Shown here: positions 1 to 12,360 of the stretch, piece after piece
Layout: each line of letters starts with the position of its first letter
Position numbering within the stretch: the first letter of the stretch is position 1
From: Felis catus
Lineage: Eukaryota
DNA length: 64,000 nucleotides
Direction of reading: 5' to 3'
Assembly (NCBI RefSeq): GCF_018350175.1
Contig: NC_058368.1
Coordinates: forward strand, 142,540,001-142,604,000
Made by a program: the position numbers and the translations under genes
Notes under the pieces: model-generated
Told to the model about the DNA's origin: nothing
The model's database searches: none
The model's input: only the letters and a program-made list of their open reading frames with translations

Positions 1-39
1 TCAATTCAAAGATGAATAGTCATTGTGAAAAACTCCGGT

Positions 40-640
40 ACTACATTGCTGACATAAATGCGAAATGCAGAGCCACTTTGAAAAATAGCTGGTCAATGAA
101 AGTAAACATACACTTAGCATATAACCACCTCACTCCTAGATATTTAACCAAAGAAATGAAAATGGGAATCTTCAGAGAAGAATTAGTCATAATAGCCCCA
201 AACTGGAAACAACCCAAACGTCTGTTAACTGGTGAGTGGATACCTTGTGGACGTCCACACAGTGGAATACTACTCGGCAAGGGAGAGGAAAGCCTACCAA
301 TAGATGCAGCAGTGTTGGACGTATCTCAGAAGCATTATGCTACATGAAAGAAGCCAGACACAAAAAGCTCCATTCTGTGTGATTCCTTTTACATGGAACT
401 TTAGAAAGCTTGAAACTATACTGACAGAAAACAAATCAGTGCTTGGGGGTTGGGGTCGTTGGGGCTGGGAAAGGCAGAGGGAATGGACTCAACAGGGATT
501 CAGGGAACATTTGAGGTAATGGAAATATTCTGCATCTTGATGGTTATAGCGGTCATGCGAATTTATGCATTTGCCAAAACTTATCCAACATTCTACTTTA
601 AAAGGGTGGTTTTATTGTGTGTAAATTACACCTCAGTTTG
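40..640 (+). mobile_element. Old LINE-1 3' end (L1M-type; ORF2 end plus 3'UTR), decayed
   Basis: Typical L1 3' motifs: aaagtaaacatacactta, aatagccccaaactggaaacaacccaaacgtc, agcattatgctacatgaaagaagccagacacaaaa, tttattgtgtgtaaattacacctc. Confidence 0.85.
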
Positions 641-1035
641 TCTTACTTAAACGCAAATCTAGCATTAAAAATAGGCCCAGCTCTGCCCCTGCTGCTTTCC
701 AAAATTATTTGATTATGGGCTGTTGTCACAGCAGGGTTATAGCAAGGTCATCACGGCATTTTTGTTCACTCATAAAGCAGCAACTAGCTTTCAACTCCCC
801 TCATCCCTTCAGAAGAATACTACAACTCTCTTAATCTCTTCTTTTCGCAAATATTCTATGCAATCCCCTCAACGAAGAGCCAGGGCTACAGTTCAAAGCC
901 AAAGCTATCTGCTGAAGGCTTCTCTCTTGCTTGGAGAAGGTCAGTGTTTCTGTTCCTTGTAGGCTTTCAACTGATTGGATGAGTCTCACCCATTATGGAG
1001 AGAATCTACTTAAGGTGCATTGATTGGTTGATTGA

Positions 1036-1448
1036 TTTTTTAGAAAGAGAGAGTGCAAGTGGGCAAGAGAGGCCAAGGGAGAGGTGAGAATCTTTTAAAA
1101 AAAATTTTTTTAACGTTTATTTATTTTTGACAGAGAGAGAGACAGAACATGAGAGGGGGAGGGGCAGAGAGAGAGGGAGACACAGAATCGAAAGCAGGCT
1201 CCAGGCTCTGAGCTGTCAGCACAGAGCCCGACACAGGGCTCGAACTCACAGACTGTGATATCATGACCTGAGCCGAAGTCAGACGTTCAACCGACTGAGT
1301 CACCCAGGTGTCCCAAGAGGGAGAATCTTAAGCTGGTCCACAGTCACCACAGACCCCAACGCTGGACTTGATCCCATGACCCTGCAATCATGACCCAACC
1401 CGAAATCAAGAGTTGGATGCACAACCGCCTGAGCCACCCATGCATCCC
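1036..1448 (-). mobile_element. Older CanSINE split by a nested younger felid SINE (1095-1314)
   Basis: Inner SINE is flanked by a near-perfect duplication agagg(t)gagaatctt at 1080-1094 and 1316-1329; the outer SINE head ends tgagccacccatgcatccc. Confidence 0.85.
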
Positions 1449-1482
1449 TTAAGTACACTGATATAAAAGTTAGTTTCATTGA

Positions 1483-1601
1483 AGGGACACCTGGCTGGAT
1501 CAATCAGTGGAGTGTGCAACTCTTGATCTCAGGGTTGGGAATTCAAGTCCCCCAGGGGGTGTAGAGATGACTTAAAAAATATAATCTTTAAATAAATAAA
1601 T
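1483..1601 (+). mobile_element. Short tRNA-derived CanSINE (head plus A-tail, no CT linker)
   Basis: gggacacctggctggatcaatcagtggag...ctcttgatctcagggttgggaattcaagtccc followed by an A-rich tail. Confidence 0.75.
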
Positions 1602-1797
1602 ATTAATCTCATCCCAAAACACCCTCATAGAAATATCCACAACAATGGTGGACTGTGTATCTGAGCACTGTGACCCAGCCAAGATGACACAAAAAAATAA
1701 CACAAACACAAAATTAATCACAGTCTTCCTTTAGCTCTGTTCCTACTCCAATTTTTAAAGACAAGGAATAAAATTTCTGGCAATGAACTCCTCAAAA

Positions 1798-1962
1798 CAG
1801 TGTTTTCCAAACTTGGGTGATGATGATAATCCCTTGGAGAGGCTGATTAAAATTTCAGTTCCCCACCCCCTGCAGATTTTGCCTTAGGAGGTCTGGGGTG
1901 GGGTCTAGGACGCTGTGGTTTAAATAAACTTCCCAGGGATTATGATCAGGAAAATTTGGGCA
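1798..1962. mobile_element. MER5-like hAT-Charlie MITE
   Basis: cagtgttttccaaactt start, aggtctggggtggggtctagga core, aaatttggg end. Confidence 0.6.
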
Positions 1963-2659
1963 ATGACATTGCAAAACAAACCTACTTGTAACCAAGGTGC
2001 CGGGCTATCTGGGGGGATTTTCATGGGTATTTGCTCAGTGTCAATCCTATCACTTGAAGCTGCTTTAATGGCACACAACAAAGTCTATTTCGGATCTCCT
2101 TTATTAAGCAATTAATCCTGCCCAGGACTCAGCTGAGTCTCTTCCTGAGGAAACTCCATTAAGAGTGGTGTAACATCAGGGGCTGAGGTACTAGAAACTC
2201 CCAGCTTATCCAGACCCACCTGGGCCCTTCACAAAGGTGGGGTTGGGCCAGACCCTCAGTCATTCTCTGGGTAGCGACTCCCAGCCACACGCTAAAGAGA
2301 TCTAGTGTTTGCCCATTTATGAGGCTAAGCCAGTGGTCCTACAGTGCCATACAGGGGAAAAGAACTTAGATACTGAAGGGAGAAGTACAGTCAATACCTT
2401 TAAAACAGATACAGATCTTCTTTTTATTTATTTTTTTTAAAGAAAGCTCTAGCCTGGAGTGGAAACATCAGATAAATATCTTGAAATAGCTGCAGAGAGC
2501 TCATGTGGAAGAGAGGTTGGCTTTGCCCTCTATGCTCCTGAGAGAGAAAAAATTGTCCAAGCGGGTGAAAGCTATGGAGAGGGGGGTATTATGGGCTAGA
2601 CAAAAGGAAGAATGAGTAGGAAGAATGAGGACTTATAGCCAGATAGGCTCGTATGCACC

Positions 2660-2840
2660 TGCTGGCCCTGCTGCTCACCAGGTGTAGGATCTCGGGCAAG
2701 CAATTAATCTCTCTGAGTTTTCTGAATTGCAAAAAGGGAATAATAACACTTCCAGGGCTGTGGTGGGGATTACATGAGATGTTTGTTACGCTCTCAGCAG
2801 AGAGTTGGGCCCATAATTGGCACTCAATAAGCCGTAGATG
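2660..2840 (+). mobile_element. MIR SINE
   Basis: ctcgggcaagcaattaatctctctgagtttt...aaaaagggaataataac...gggctgtggtggggattacatgagat...ggcactcaataa. Confidence 0.7.
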
Positions 2841-3559
2841 ATAAAAATAAGAATAGTTAAAGCTGCGAAGGGTGAAGAGGTTGCCTAAAGGAGGAGTAAA
2901 TTCCCATCCCCAGAGGTCCCCAAGCCTGGTTACAACCCTACTTTATGGGGAGTGAGGGATGACAGGGAATGGGGGCTCTGAGCATGGTGTGAGTGGTTGG
3001 GATGGACCACTGTTGACACCTTTTCACCTTGAGCAACTTTACGGTCCGTACAACAGGTAGAGAACACAGTCTTGTGCTTGCAGAAAGATCATTCTTTTGC
3101 TTTTAGTGAAAAAACATTGACTCTCTCTAGGCAGCCAACCCTTAGCTTTTAAGGATCCGAGGGCTTATGATTTTTTTTTTTTTTTTTTGCTGGGAAGTTA
3201 TGACTTCACACCATGTTTGCTTCTATTCCACCCTTAATACCAAAGCTTGGAATATGAATCACAAAACAAAGTGATGGCAGACGGCATTCCAAACTAGCAA
3301 GGAAAATAACTGGAGTCTTGACAGACATGCACAATGCATAAAGAACACCGTGTTTCATCCAGGACAATTAAGGAAACAATATTATCTAAGAGTCATGGGA
3401 GGCCGGGATGCCTATTAAAAATAGAACCTGGAAGTGCGGTTTTCCCTCAATGTGTTATAAGGATGCCCAAATCTTCACAACAATTGGAATAAAGGTAGAG
3501 AGAAATGAAAACCCCTGTGTCTTTCCCCCTCTCCGACCCCGCAGGCAGCTACCTCCTTC

Positions 3560-4650
3560 CCCGCACTGCCTAGTCTGGAAATTAGATGTTTATTCTCTGG
3601 AAATTTGAATGTAAAGAGCCCCTCATTCTGGGATATCAGCGCATTTTAGATCTTAGGAGAGGATGGGTGGGAGATGCTCTACTGAAAACAGGGAGGTTGA
3701 ATAAAAATCTTTCTACTAACTGAAGAGTCCCTCAGCCCCTTTCCTTCCTGGCTTTCAAAACAGTGGTAGCCAGGATCATAGCACACAGAAGACTAGAGTC
3801 TCCCTCTTTGAAAAAAACTTAAAGATTCCGATGAAATTCCTGCAGATCCTGACCTTTTAGGACCCCCTCCCCATTGAAAGGCCAGCTTACCACTTGATCA
3901 CCTTAAAGCACAACCTACCAGTCATACATCTTTTAATGCGCTGTATGTATGATGTGTTGCTCTTAAATTTGATCATTCAACTAGGGATCCAGATATTTGA
4001 GGAAAACCTTTAGCGTGAAGGACAGAGAATATAACATACAAGAACATGGGAGAAAATAGAACATGAAGGAAAACAAGATAATGTAGAGAGATTTAAAATT
4101 TTTCTTAAAAAAAAAATTTTTTTTAACATTTATTTATTTTTGAGAGACAGAGCATGAGCAGGGGAGGGGCAAAGAGAGAGGGGGTACACAGAATCCGATG
4201 CAGGCTCCAGGCTCTGAGCTGTCAGCACACAGCCTGATGCGGGGCTTGAACCCACGGACCGTGAAATCATGACCTGAGCCGAAGTCAGATGCTTAACCAA
4301 TGGCACCACCCAGACACTGCACCTCCCCGCCAAATTTCTAATATCCTCAAAGAAATGGGAGAAGATACTGTGTCTATGAAACAAGAAATGGATATTACAA
4401 AGCAACAATTTGAGAATAGAAAAAATGCTTTCGGAAATTTTAGTCACGGTAGCTGAAGTTAAGAATTCAATGGAAAGATTGGATGATAAACTGAGAATAT
4501 GGCAAGCGGCCAGGGAAACAGGTGACAGAGTAAGAATAGTTACCTCTGGGAATGAGACCGGAGCAGAGGGTGGAGGGGCGCTGCTTTCCTTCACAGGTCT
4601 TATAAGGCAACTTGACTTTAGCTCTGTGCATGCATAAAAATATAAATGAA
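3560..4650 (+). mobile_element. HAL1 / old L1 ORF1-like remnant joined to a HAL1-like 3' end
   Basis: aatatcctcaaagaaatgggagaagatactgtgtctatgaaacaagaa... translates to coiled-coil-like AEVKNSMERLDDKL; 3' end aacttgactttagctctgtgcatgcataaaaat. Confidence 0.6.
4105..4330 (-). mobile_element. Felid CanSINE (SINEC_Fc-like)
   Basis: T-rich tail, (GA)n, ggctccaggctctgagctgtcagc, atcatgacctgagccgaagtc. Confidence 0.9.
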
Positions 4651-4653
4651 TGT

Positions 4654-4875
4654 GGGGCGCCTGGCTGGCTCAGTCAGTTGAGCGTCTGTCTGACTCTTGA
4701 TCTCGGCTCAGGTCATGATCTCATAGTTCAGTGAGATGGAGCCCCAGGCCTTGAGCTCTGCGCTGACATATGGAGCCCGCTTGTGATTCTTTCTCCTTCT
4801 CTGTCCCTCCCCCGCTCGCATGCTCTCTCTCTCTCTCTCTCTCTCCCAAAATAAATAAATAAACATTAAAAAAAT
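4654..4875 (+). mobile_element. CanSINE
   Basis: ggggcgcctggctggctcagtcagttgagcg head, (CT)n, aaaataaataaat tail. Confidence 0.9.
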
Positions 4876-4884
4876 AAATGAACA

Positions 4885-5100
4885 GGGGCGCCTGGTGGGC
4901 TCAGTCGGTTGAGTGTCCGACTTCAGCTCAGGTCATGATCTCACGGTTCGTGCGTTCGACCACGTCGGGCTCTGTGCCGACAGCTCGGAGACTGGATGGA
5001 GCCTGCTTCGGATCCTGTGTCTCCCTCTCTCTCTGCCCCTCCCCTGCTCACGCTCTGTCTTTGTCTCTCTCAAAAGTAAAAAAAAAAAAAAAAAATTTTA
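4885..5100 (+). mobile_element. Felid CanSINE
   Basis: ggggcgcctggtgggctcagtcggttgag head, CT linker, A-tail; flanked by aaataaatgaa repeats. Confidence 0.9.
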
Positions 5101-5959
5101 AATAAATGAATTTACGAAAAGAAAGAAAACGCCCAGGCAAGAAGTGGAAAGCTCATCAGTAGGCATTGGTTCCTAGAGGCAATTTGCAGAAATACCAAGG
5201 GAAGAATGGCCTGAAATTGCCCTCGTCTCAGGGCTGCAAGATCCCTCCATTACGATCCTCTGGTCCTTGTGTATCGTAAACGGGGAGTCCCTACGGGTGA
5301 GTCTGTTCTCCATTTACTTTCCCTCCCCATCAAAGTTGAAATGTCCTGGCCTGGTGCAGGCAATATTACTGATCCTGGCTGGAATTTGCGTATGGGAAGA
5401 GACGAGAAAAACAAAGAATTATTATTGACCAGCTGGCTAGGGAGATTCCAAATATGAAACAAAAGAAGGAGAGGAAACACATCAAGTTCAATGGGCTGCT
5501 TTTGTCAGAGAATATTTTCAACCTTCTGCCTGGTGGTCGGTGTCTGTGATAAAAGGACAGCAAGGCAGGCTTGGGCAGAGATTAAAAAGCAGGCCACGGA
5601 GGAGGAAAGTGGCAGCAGGTCAGGATGAGGAAGAAACCCTGTGTGTTTGCTCCCTATGCTGACGAACAGCCTGCGGGAGGAAGCGTGGGTGGGTGTGTGC
5701 TCAAATAAAGCGTGGTGAAGGGGGCTAGAGGAAGGTCACATACACACAGCAGACAGGGAGAGGTGAGTGAAAGCCATCTTAAATGACAGCTCTCAGAAAC
5801 AGAGATGGGGTACATGGTGATGATGCTGAACAATGGTGGGTGCTCTGATTTGGAACTTTTTTGGAACTGCTTCAGCACTCTTGAAGGATGACTCAGGGAA
5901 AACCAAAGGTGCTGTTCAGCAGTCACAGCTTTTCCTATAAAAGTTTAAAAATTTTTTTT

Positions 5960-6660
5960 TTACTTTAACTGTGTGAATTTACTTATAGGTTCATAGGAAG
6001 TTGCAAAGATAGAACAGAGAGATCCCAGGTACTGTTTACCCAGTTGCCCCTAATGGTTATGTAAATACATATAAGACCCAGAATATTCCATCACCACAAA
6101 TATCTCCTCCTTACTACCTGTTTACGGCCACACCCACCACTTCTCTTCCTCCTGCCCTATTATAGTTGCACTTACCACCCTTTTCCTCCACCATCCCTAA
6201 TCCCTCGCAACCACTAATATCTTCTCCATCTCTTTCATTTTGTCATTTCAAGAATGTAATACAAGTAGATTCATACAATACGTGACCTTGTGTGATGGGC
6301 TTTTTTCACTTGGCATAACGTCTTGGAGGTCCATCCAAGTTTTTGCCTGTATCAATAATTGTGCACAATACTTTGACTGTTCACATACCAAAGGACATAT
6401 TTGTTGCTTCCAGTTTTGGGCTATTGCAAATAAAGCTGCTGTGAACACTGTGTCCAGGTTTTGTGTGCAAAAACGTTTTCATCTCTCTGGGATAAAGTCC
6501 CAGGAGTGCAATTGCTAGCTTGTATGGCATGAGTATGTTTAGTTTTGGAAGAAACTGCCACCCTATTTTCTAGAGTGACGGTAACATTTGACAATTCCAC
6601 CTGCTGTGTATGAAAGATCCACTATGTCCACATCCTCACTAGCAGCTGGCATTGCGTTAT
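5960..6660 (-). mobile_element. Old LINE-1 3' region
   Basis: Minus ORF 6248-6448 MFTAALFAIAQNWKQ resembles the L1 ORF2 C-terminus; typical reverse-strand L1 3'UTR. Confidence 0.85.
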
Positions 6661-6894
6661 TTCTTTTTTGAAAGATCAGGAACATCCTGCTACCTTCCTT
6701 TTTCACCCTTTAAGTAAAAAAGGAAAAAATTCAGGATTATATATAGGTGTGTATATGTGTGTGGATGGGTTTTATATAAGTTCAAAGCATACTAAGACAA
6801 ACGCCTATGAACACAGCACCCAATTTAAAAACTAGAGCGTATCAAACCCAATTCCACCCTCTGCTTCCCCCACCCAGAGAGCAATCACTCTTGA

Positions 6895-7077
6895 CGGTGT
6901 AAACCAGTTCTCTGGGGGGAAAGGCTCTGACTTACAGGGCTTGTCGATTTCTGGGGAGTAAATACTCCCACATGACTGACTTCAAGCTACCAATCTGAGG
7001 TGACAGAGTGTGGAGCTGGGAAGAGATGTGCATAATCAGCTCTTACAAGATAGTAGAAACCGCTTCCAGCACCGCTG
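6895..7077. mobile_element. MER63-like hAT MITE
   Basis: gtaaatactcccacatgactgacttcaagctaccaa...ctgggaagagatgtgca...ttccagcaccgctg. Confidence 0.7.
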
Positions 7078-7111
7078 ATCCTGAACTTAGTATTTATCAT
7101 CCTAGGAGGAA

Positions 7112-7585
7112 GTGACTCTTGAACAACGTGGGGGTTTAGGGGCACCCACCCTCATACAGTCAAAAACCCACAAATAACCTTTGACTCCTCCGAAACTTAA
7201 CTACACATAGCCTACTGTTGACTGGAAGCTTTACCAAAAATGTAAACATATTTTGTTGTGATATGTATTATATACCACATTCTTTTTTTTTTAATTTTTT
7301 TAATGTTTATTTATTTTTGAAAGAGAGAGACAGACAGAGTGTAAACAGGGGAAGAGCAGAGAGAGAGGGAGACAGAATCAGAAGCAGGCTCCAGGCTCCG
7401 AGCTGTCAGCATAGAGCCAGACACGGGGCTTGAACTCACAAACCGTGAGATCATTACCTGAGCCGAAGTCAGATACTTAACCGACTGAGCCACCCAGGCA
7501 CCCCTTTTATATGCCATGTTCTTACAATAAAGTAAGCTACAGAAAAGAAAAAGCTATTAAGAAAATCATAAGGAAGAGAAAATAG
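7112..7585. mobile_element. Tigger2a-like TcMar-Tigger fragment interrupted by a SINE
   Basis: cttgaacaacgtgggggtttaggggcac...tagcctactgttgactggaagc...cttacaataaagtaagcta...aagaaaatcataaggaagagaaaata. Confidence 0.8.
7283..7504 (-). mobile_element. Felid CanSINE
   Basis: Complete reverse SINE ending tgagccacccaggcacccc. Confidence 0.9.
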
Positions 7586-8031
7586 TGGTAGGCTTAATAA
7601 CAGACCCCAAAGAGATCCTATCTCAGGAACCTGTGAATGTTACCTTACATGACAAAGACAGCAGATGTGGTTAAATTAAGAATTTTGAGAGGGGGGATTA
7701 TCTTGGATTATCCAAGTGGGCCTAAATATAATCCTTAGGAAATGGAGGCAGAGGGAGACTTGACTACAGAAGAGGAGAAAGCAATGTGACCACGGAGGCT
7801 CAGACACCAGAGTGATGTGGCCAAGGAACGTTGGCAGCCACGAGAAGCTGGAAGATGCAGGGAAGGGATTCTTTCCTAGGAAGGAAGCACAGCCCTTCTG
7901 ACACCTTGATATTGGCCCAGTGAAACTGATTTCAGACTTTAGGCCTCTAGAACTGTGAGAGAAAGATTCGTGTCATTTTAAGTCACCAAGTTTGTGATGC
8001 TTTGTTACAGCAGCCACAGGAAACTAATGCA
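7586..8031 (+). mobile_element. MLT1 (MaLR) LTR, MLT1C/D-like
   Basis: aacctgtgaatgttaccttacatg...gattatcttggattatcc...ttttaagtcaccaagtttgtgatgctttgttacagcagccacaggaaactaatgca. Confidence 0.85.
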
Positions 8032-8384
8032 CAGACACCTTGCTTTGTACATATGTGCTACTAAACTACCTACCTAAACAGTTCATTTAGCTAGATTTTG
8101 TCTTTATAAAATTGCTATGTTATTATAGCAATTAGCAATCCTATATAGAAGGATTCTGGGAGCTGCTACTTTTTTTTGCTCAACATTGTTTCTAAGACTC
8201 ATCCATTTTGTTGCATATCATAATTCATTGAGTCTTACTGCTGGGTAATATTCCATTATGTACTTATTCTTTGTCAGTGGATTTTTGTAGGTTTCCTTTA
8301 TCAGATTAAAGAAAACTGTTTTTTCCCCCCAAACTAAGTTTATACCCAGATGTCATATTTCCCATGTTCTCTCACTTCAAATAT

Positions 8385-9189
8385 TGAGTCAGCTAAAAAT
8401 TGTGGAAAGTGAGTTGAAATAAATGTTTTAAGATTATGGGATTCCAGATACTCCACCAAGAGTAAATGTGAGTGAAATTTCCTCTTCAGGAGGGAGGGAA
8501 AGCTGGGTAAGGTAAATTGGGATGAGGTGTGCACTGGGTTTCTCTTCAGCCCCCTGCAGATGCACTCAAACACCTGCTCCCCACCCCCTTACTGTGATTA
8601 GTGAGGAATCAGGGCCTCTCTGCTCAAGGAAGAGGCAGATGTGGCTAAAAGGACCACTTGAGACGCAGTGACTCATCAATGCGAGACTGACCCATTACCT
8701 GAAAATCAAGAATAAACAAGATGACCTCAAAAAGACTTCTGACTTCTAGTTAGACACAGGACCCCTACTTCTCCTTAATATCCAGGAAGGTAAAAGGCAT
8801 GAATGAATCTGAAAGAACTAAGGGTGACTCAGCCTGGGATGAAATGGGTGAGTGTCCCTGAGACATTTTCTCCTTCTCCCTGCAAAGGTTTGCCCTGGAC
8901 AAAATCTTGCTTGACTCGCAGGTGAGTCAGCTCACAAACCTGTGGGTCATTATCCTACCTTTTACTATTCAGCCACCTGTCTCTTCACCCCTCACCATAT
9001 TTGTGAGCTCTTTCCTCAGCTGCCACTAAAGCCATTCTCTTTCCTGAGAATCACAGAATTTATTGATGATATCGGGGGGTTGGGGGGACATGGAAGGCGG
9101 TCTCATTTTGCACCACAGCCCAAGCAACTGAGAACTCCGTTTTTCAAATCAATGCCCTCTGAGGTTTTCACCCAAGATTGCTGAGTCAT
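8385..9189. promoter_or_regulatory. Candidate AP-1 / ARE (NRF2, BACH1, NF-E2 - small MAF) enhancer cluster
   Basis: TGA(C/G)TCA at 8385, 8669, 8825, 8923 and 9182; four extend to TGA(C/G)TCAGC on one strand, including the full TGCTGAGTCAT at 9179-9189. Motif evidence only. Confidence 0.5.
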
Positions 9190-10949
9190 TTCCAATGTAA
9201 TTTCTGCACTGCTGAGAAATGCAGGTGCATTTCTTATTTTGATATATTTCCTTTTCCTTGGAGCATCATCACTAATTCCTAAACAGTTTATATGGAGAAA
9301 CAGCTCCTCACTTCTCCAGAAGCAGAGACACTCACGGGGATGACCTTAGTAAGGGAAGACACTTGGCCAGGCAGGTCAGCCTGGCAGGATCCAGGTAGGC
9401 AAGCGGCAAGCACCTTACTTAGGTCCTGGACAAAAGCTTCCTCTTGGCACCATCTTGGGGGCTGGGGGGTGGGCTGAGCTCATCCCTTACCGTCGTCCTT
9501 CCTACATATTTACAGGCAACTGTCAACTGCTTAGCATCTAGTTCTCCAGCCTGAGAATGACTTCAGTTTTTCCTTTCACTCTTTTCCACTGCTTGTCCTT
9601 TGGCCACTAATTTCTCATGTGCTATCTTCCAGAAACTGGGTAAAAATCTGGCCCTTATCAATTCGGGACGATCTAGTACAGTCTGTATGCAACCACCTCC
9701 TATTTATGAGTTATTCAGCAGCCTTCCTCTCCAGAGCCTGGTGAGAGATTTTACCTAGACAGAGCACGTCCAGACTATATTCAGATCTTCTGATTCTCCA
9801 TCCAAAGTTCTCTTTCCATTACACCATATCCTATTTTTTAGAATTGAAATTGAAGACGTCGGTGGTTCAGTAGGACACTCAACAGGTCACTCCTGGCTCT
9901 TGTTGTCATGATAGGCAGATGGTAACTCTGAAGGTCTTTGCCAACAGTTGGCAGTAGTCTTTATTTCCATAATCAAAGACAGAGACGATAAATTCACTTG
10001 CAAGTCCGTGTCTAATGCCTTTAGGAGCAACGCTAAGATTGGCTGTGTTGCCAAATGCTCCCGACATTCCTAGATCTATTCAAAATCAATGGTTCTTTTT
10101 GCAAAGCACCAAGGCAAACACCAAACGATCCAAAATCAATAAAAAATGATAGACAGGGAAATAGGACTGGGTAGTACAAAGGATAAAGAAATAATAAAGC
10201 CAAAGGTTATGCAGTGATTGCTTTCTAATTTGTCTTTATAAAAAGGAAAAAGAATCAAATGAAAAACTGGCAAGTTGCAGAGTGAAAATGTCAGAAACGT
10301 TTTGCATTCAAAGGCTTTGCCACACACTGTCTTGCACAATGTTAAAGGAAGCAAGGTTGACATGGAGAATATTTTCACAAGTCTGAGCCAGCCAGGAAGC
10401 CAGGGAAAAATGCTCTCAAATTTGGGAAAATTACAGGCCTGCTATTTGACATTAGTTGGGGGAAAACATCAAACTTCAGAACTTATTCTGAGAACTTGAA
10501 CAAGAGAAGTACTTCAAGCCCTGTGTTTGGCCCAGAGGAGGGTGGATCCCACTAGAACTTGGAAGCACTACTGGTGGAGGCCTTTAGGGATGCCCTTGCC
10601 AAAGGGGGATGGATGAGTGGGCTCACATTTATGTAAACTATCTCCTAATTGTGCCTGGAGAGCAAAGAGAACCTGACTCAGGACTGGGGCCTGGGAAGAA
10701 CACATGAGTTAGCTTGGAGAGCCAGATCCCCCTCTTAGGTCTGGGCCCAGCAACACAGTTAAATCTAGAAAAAACAAGCTTACTATTTTGAAAAAGAAAA
10801 GTGACGAGAGCACAACTTATTTATTTTTCTGAAAGTAAAACATGTTATCAAAATACAATAAGCCAAACTGTGTGGTACTGACACACGGATAGTCAAAAAC
10901 TTCAATGAGATAGACTTGAAGGTCCATAAATAGGTCCAAATACAAACCA

Positions 10950-12360
10950 GTGGTAGCAGTGGTCCGAAAAAGCGGGCTCTCAGAATGGGAGTCTGGAGTG
11001 TGGTGGGGATACCCCCAGGCACGCAGTAGCATTGCAGTTACAGACTCTCACCTGTACAGGTAGAAGGTAAATGCGGGGTTATATGACAGCTAGGACACTA
11101 AATGAAGCGGGGGTGAGAATTACAAAGACTGGGGAGCTGGTCTGATTTAAACCCTCTGGAAGCCATAAAAACCAATGATTCAGGTTAGCTAACTATCAAC
11201 TGAAGGTATGACATGAAAGCTAGAAGGCCTCCAGCAGTCACAGAGTAGAATGCGCTCAATTGGTCCGGGGATCTAATTGTAACAGGGGCGAAGAAGCCAA
11301 GGAATTAATTCACAGCTTCAACAAATTTCTTGTATCAAATTCAAGGTAGAAAAAGGATAAGACCCTGAGATTTGGATGGGGATGTATGGGTGGATGAGCC
11401 TGAGAAGCAAGAATCTTTGTGTTCCTCTGAACCCTCTCTCCTTCTAGAGGAGAGAGCAAAGTACCCTTGCTGAGAGAGAGTGCTGAAGCCCCACTTGATA
11501 TCTATGTTCTTCAATATAGTTTCTTTTAGTGTCTTCAGAGAATAATAAAGATGAGGTCTCAGTAGCCTGAGTAGAAAACACAGATACTTCTCCAGGAATA
11601 AAAATCATAGACACCAAAGACGTTGTGAGACTTTGTTCGTATGTACCAGTAAGAGCTAAGGATCACATGAGGATGTGGATATAAAAAGAAGCAGTTAGGG
11701 GAGAAGGTGGAATCATTGGCAACGGCAGATTACAAGGCTGGATGGGGGAATTACTGACAAAGGAGCCCTCTCCCATGGTTTGGACATCACGGAAAGGGTA
11801 CCTAGGAATGATCCTAAGACATTGTAATAACTGTTCCTTGAAGTTTGGACCAAACAATGGCCACAGGAAATGAGGTAAAAATGCTGGAATTGCCTTGGCA
11901 TTGTGTTGATGAAGGGGTCAGAAAGCTCAGGTCTGTGGGAATATTAGAAGAGATTTGTTGTTCAATACCATAGAAGCCACCGATGTCCTGTATTCCTCAG
12001 GAAGGCAGAGGGAGTGTTCCCTTCACTAAGACAATGAGGATTACAGGTGAAGGAGGCACTGACATCCTAGAGAAGTTTGATGGTAGCTGTCCTTGGTAGG
12101 GACCAGGGCTGACAGTAGGAGATCCTGTCCTGGAAGTAGGCTCCCTAGTATCAATGGAAATGACAGAATGCCGAAAGAGACTAAATAGTAGCAGATAACG
12201 ATCAGAACAAAGAAGGCAGAATGATCTTAATGAAAAGTGAGTCCAGGGCAACAAACAGGTTGCTTTGACCAACAGAGAGGGATCTACAGCAATGGCTAAT
12301 AGATCCTGGCGTTAACCAGGAGCAAGGTACATGGATAGCCTGCTAGGATATTACTTAACT
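10950..12360 (+). mobile_element. Decayed class III ERV (ERVL/HERV16-like) internal region, leader plus gag
   Basis: gaccctgagatttggatggggatgtatgggtggatgagcctgag and aaatgaggtaaaaatgctggaattgccttggcattgtgttgatgaaggggtcagaaagctcagg...ggaatattaga resemble ERVL gag; many stops and frameshifts. Confidence 0.75.

Larger units (their letters stand above)
880..1722 (-). mobile_element. MLT2-type (ERVL) LTR remnant interrupted by SINEs
   Basis: ttcaactgattggatgagtctcaccc ... ttaatctcatcccaaaacaccctcatagaaatatcc ... gacccagccaagatgacaca ... aaattaatcaca matches the recalled MLT2 end. Confidence 0.7.

Noticed and set aside
1483..1560. tRNA gene
   Set aside because: Degenerate tRNA-derived SINE head with an A-tail; no intact cloverleaf.
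2126..2139. 14-bp palindrome gactcagctgagtc
   Set aside because: A few palindromes of this size are expected by chance in 64 kb, and it lacks a full AP-1/MARE match.
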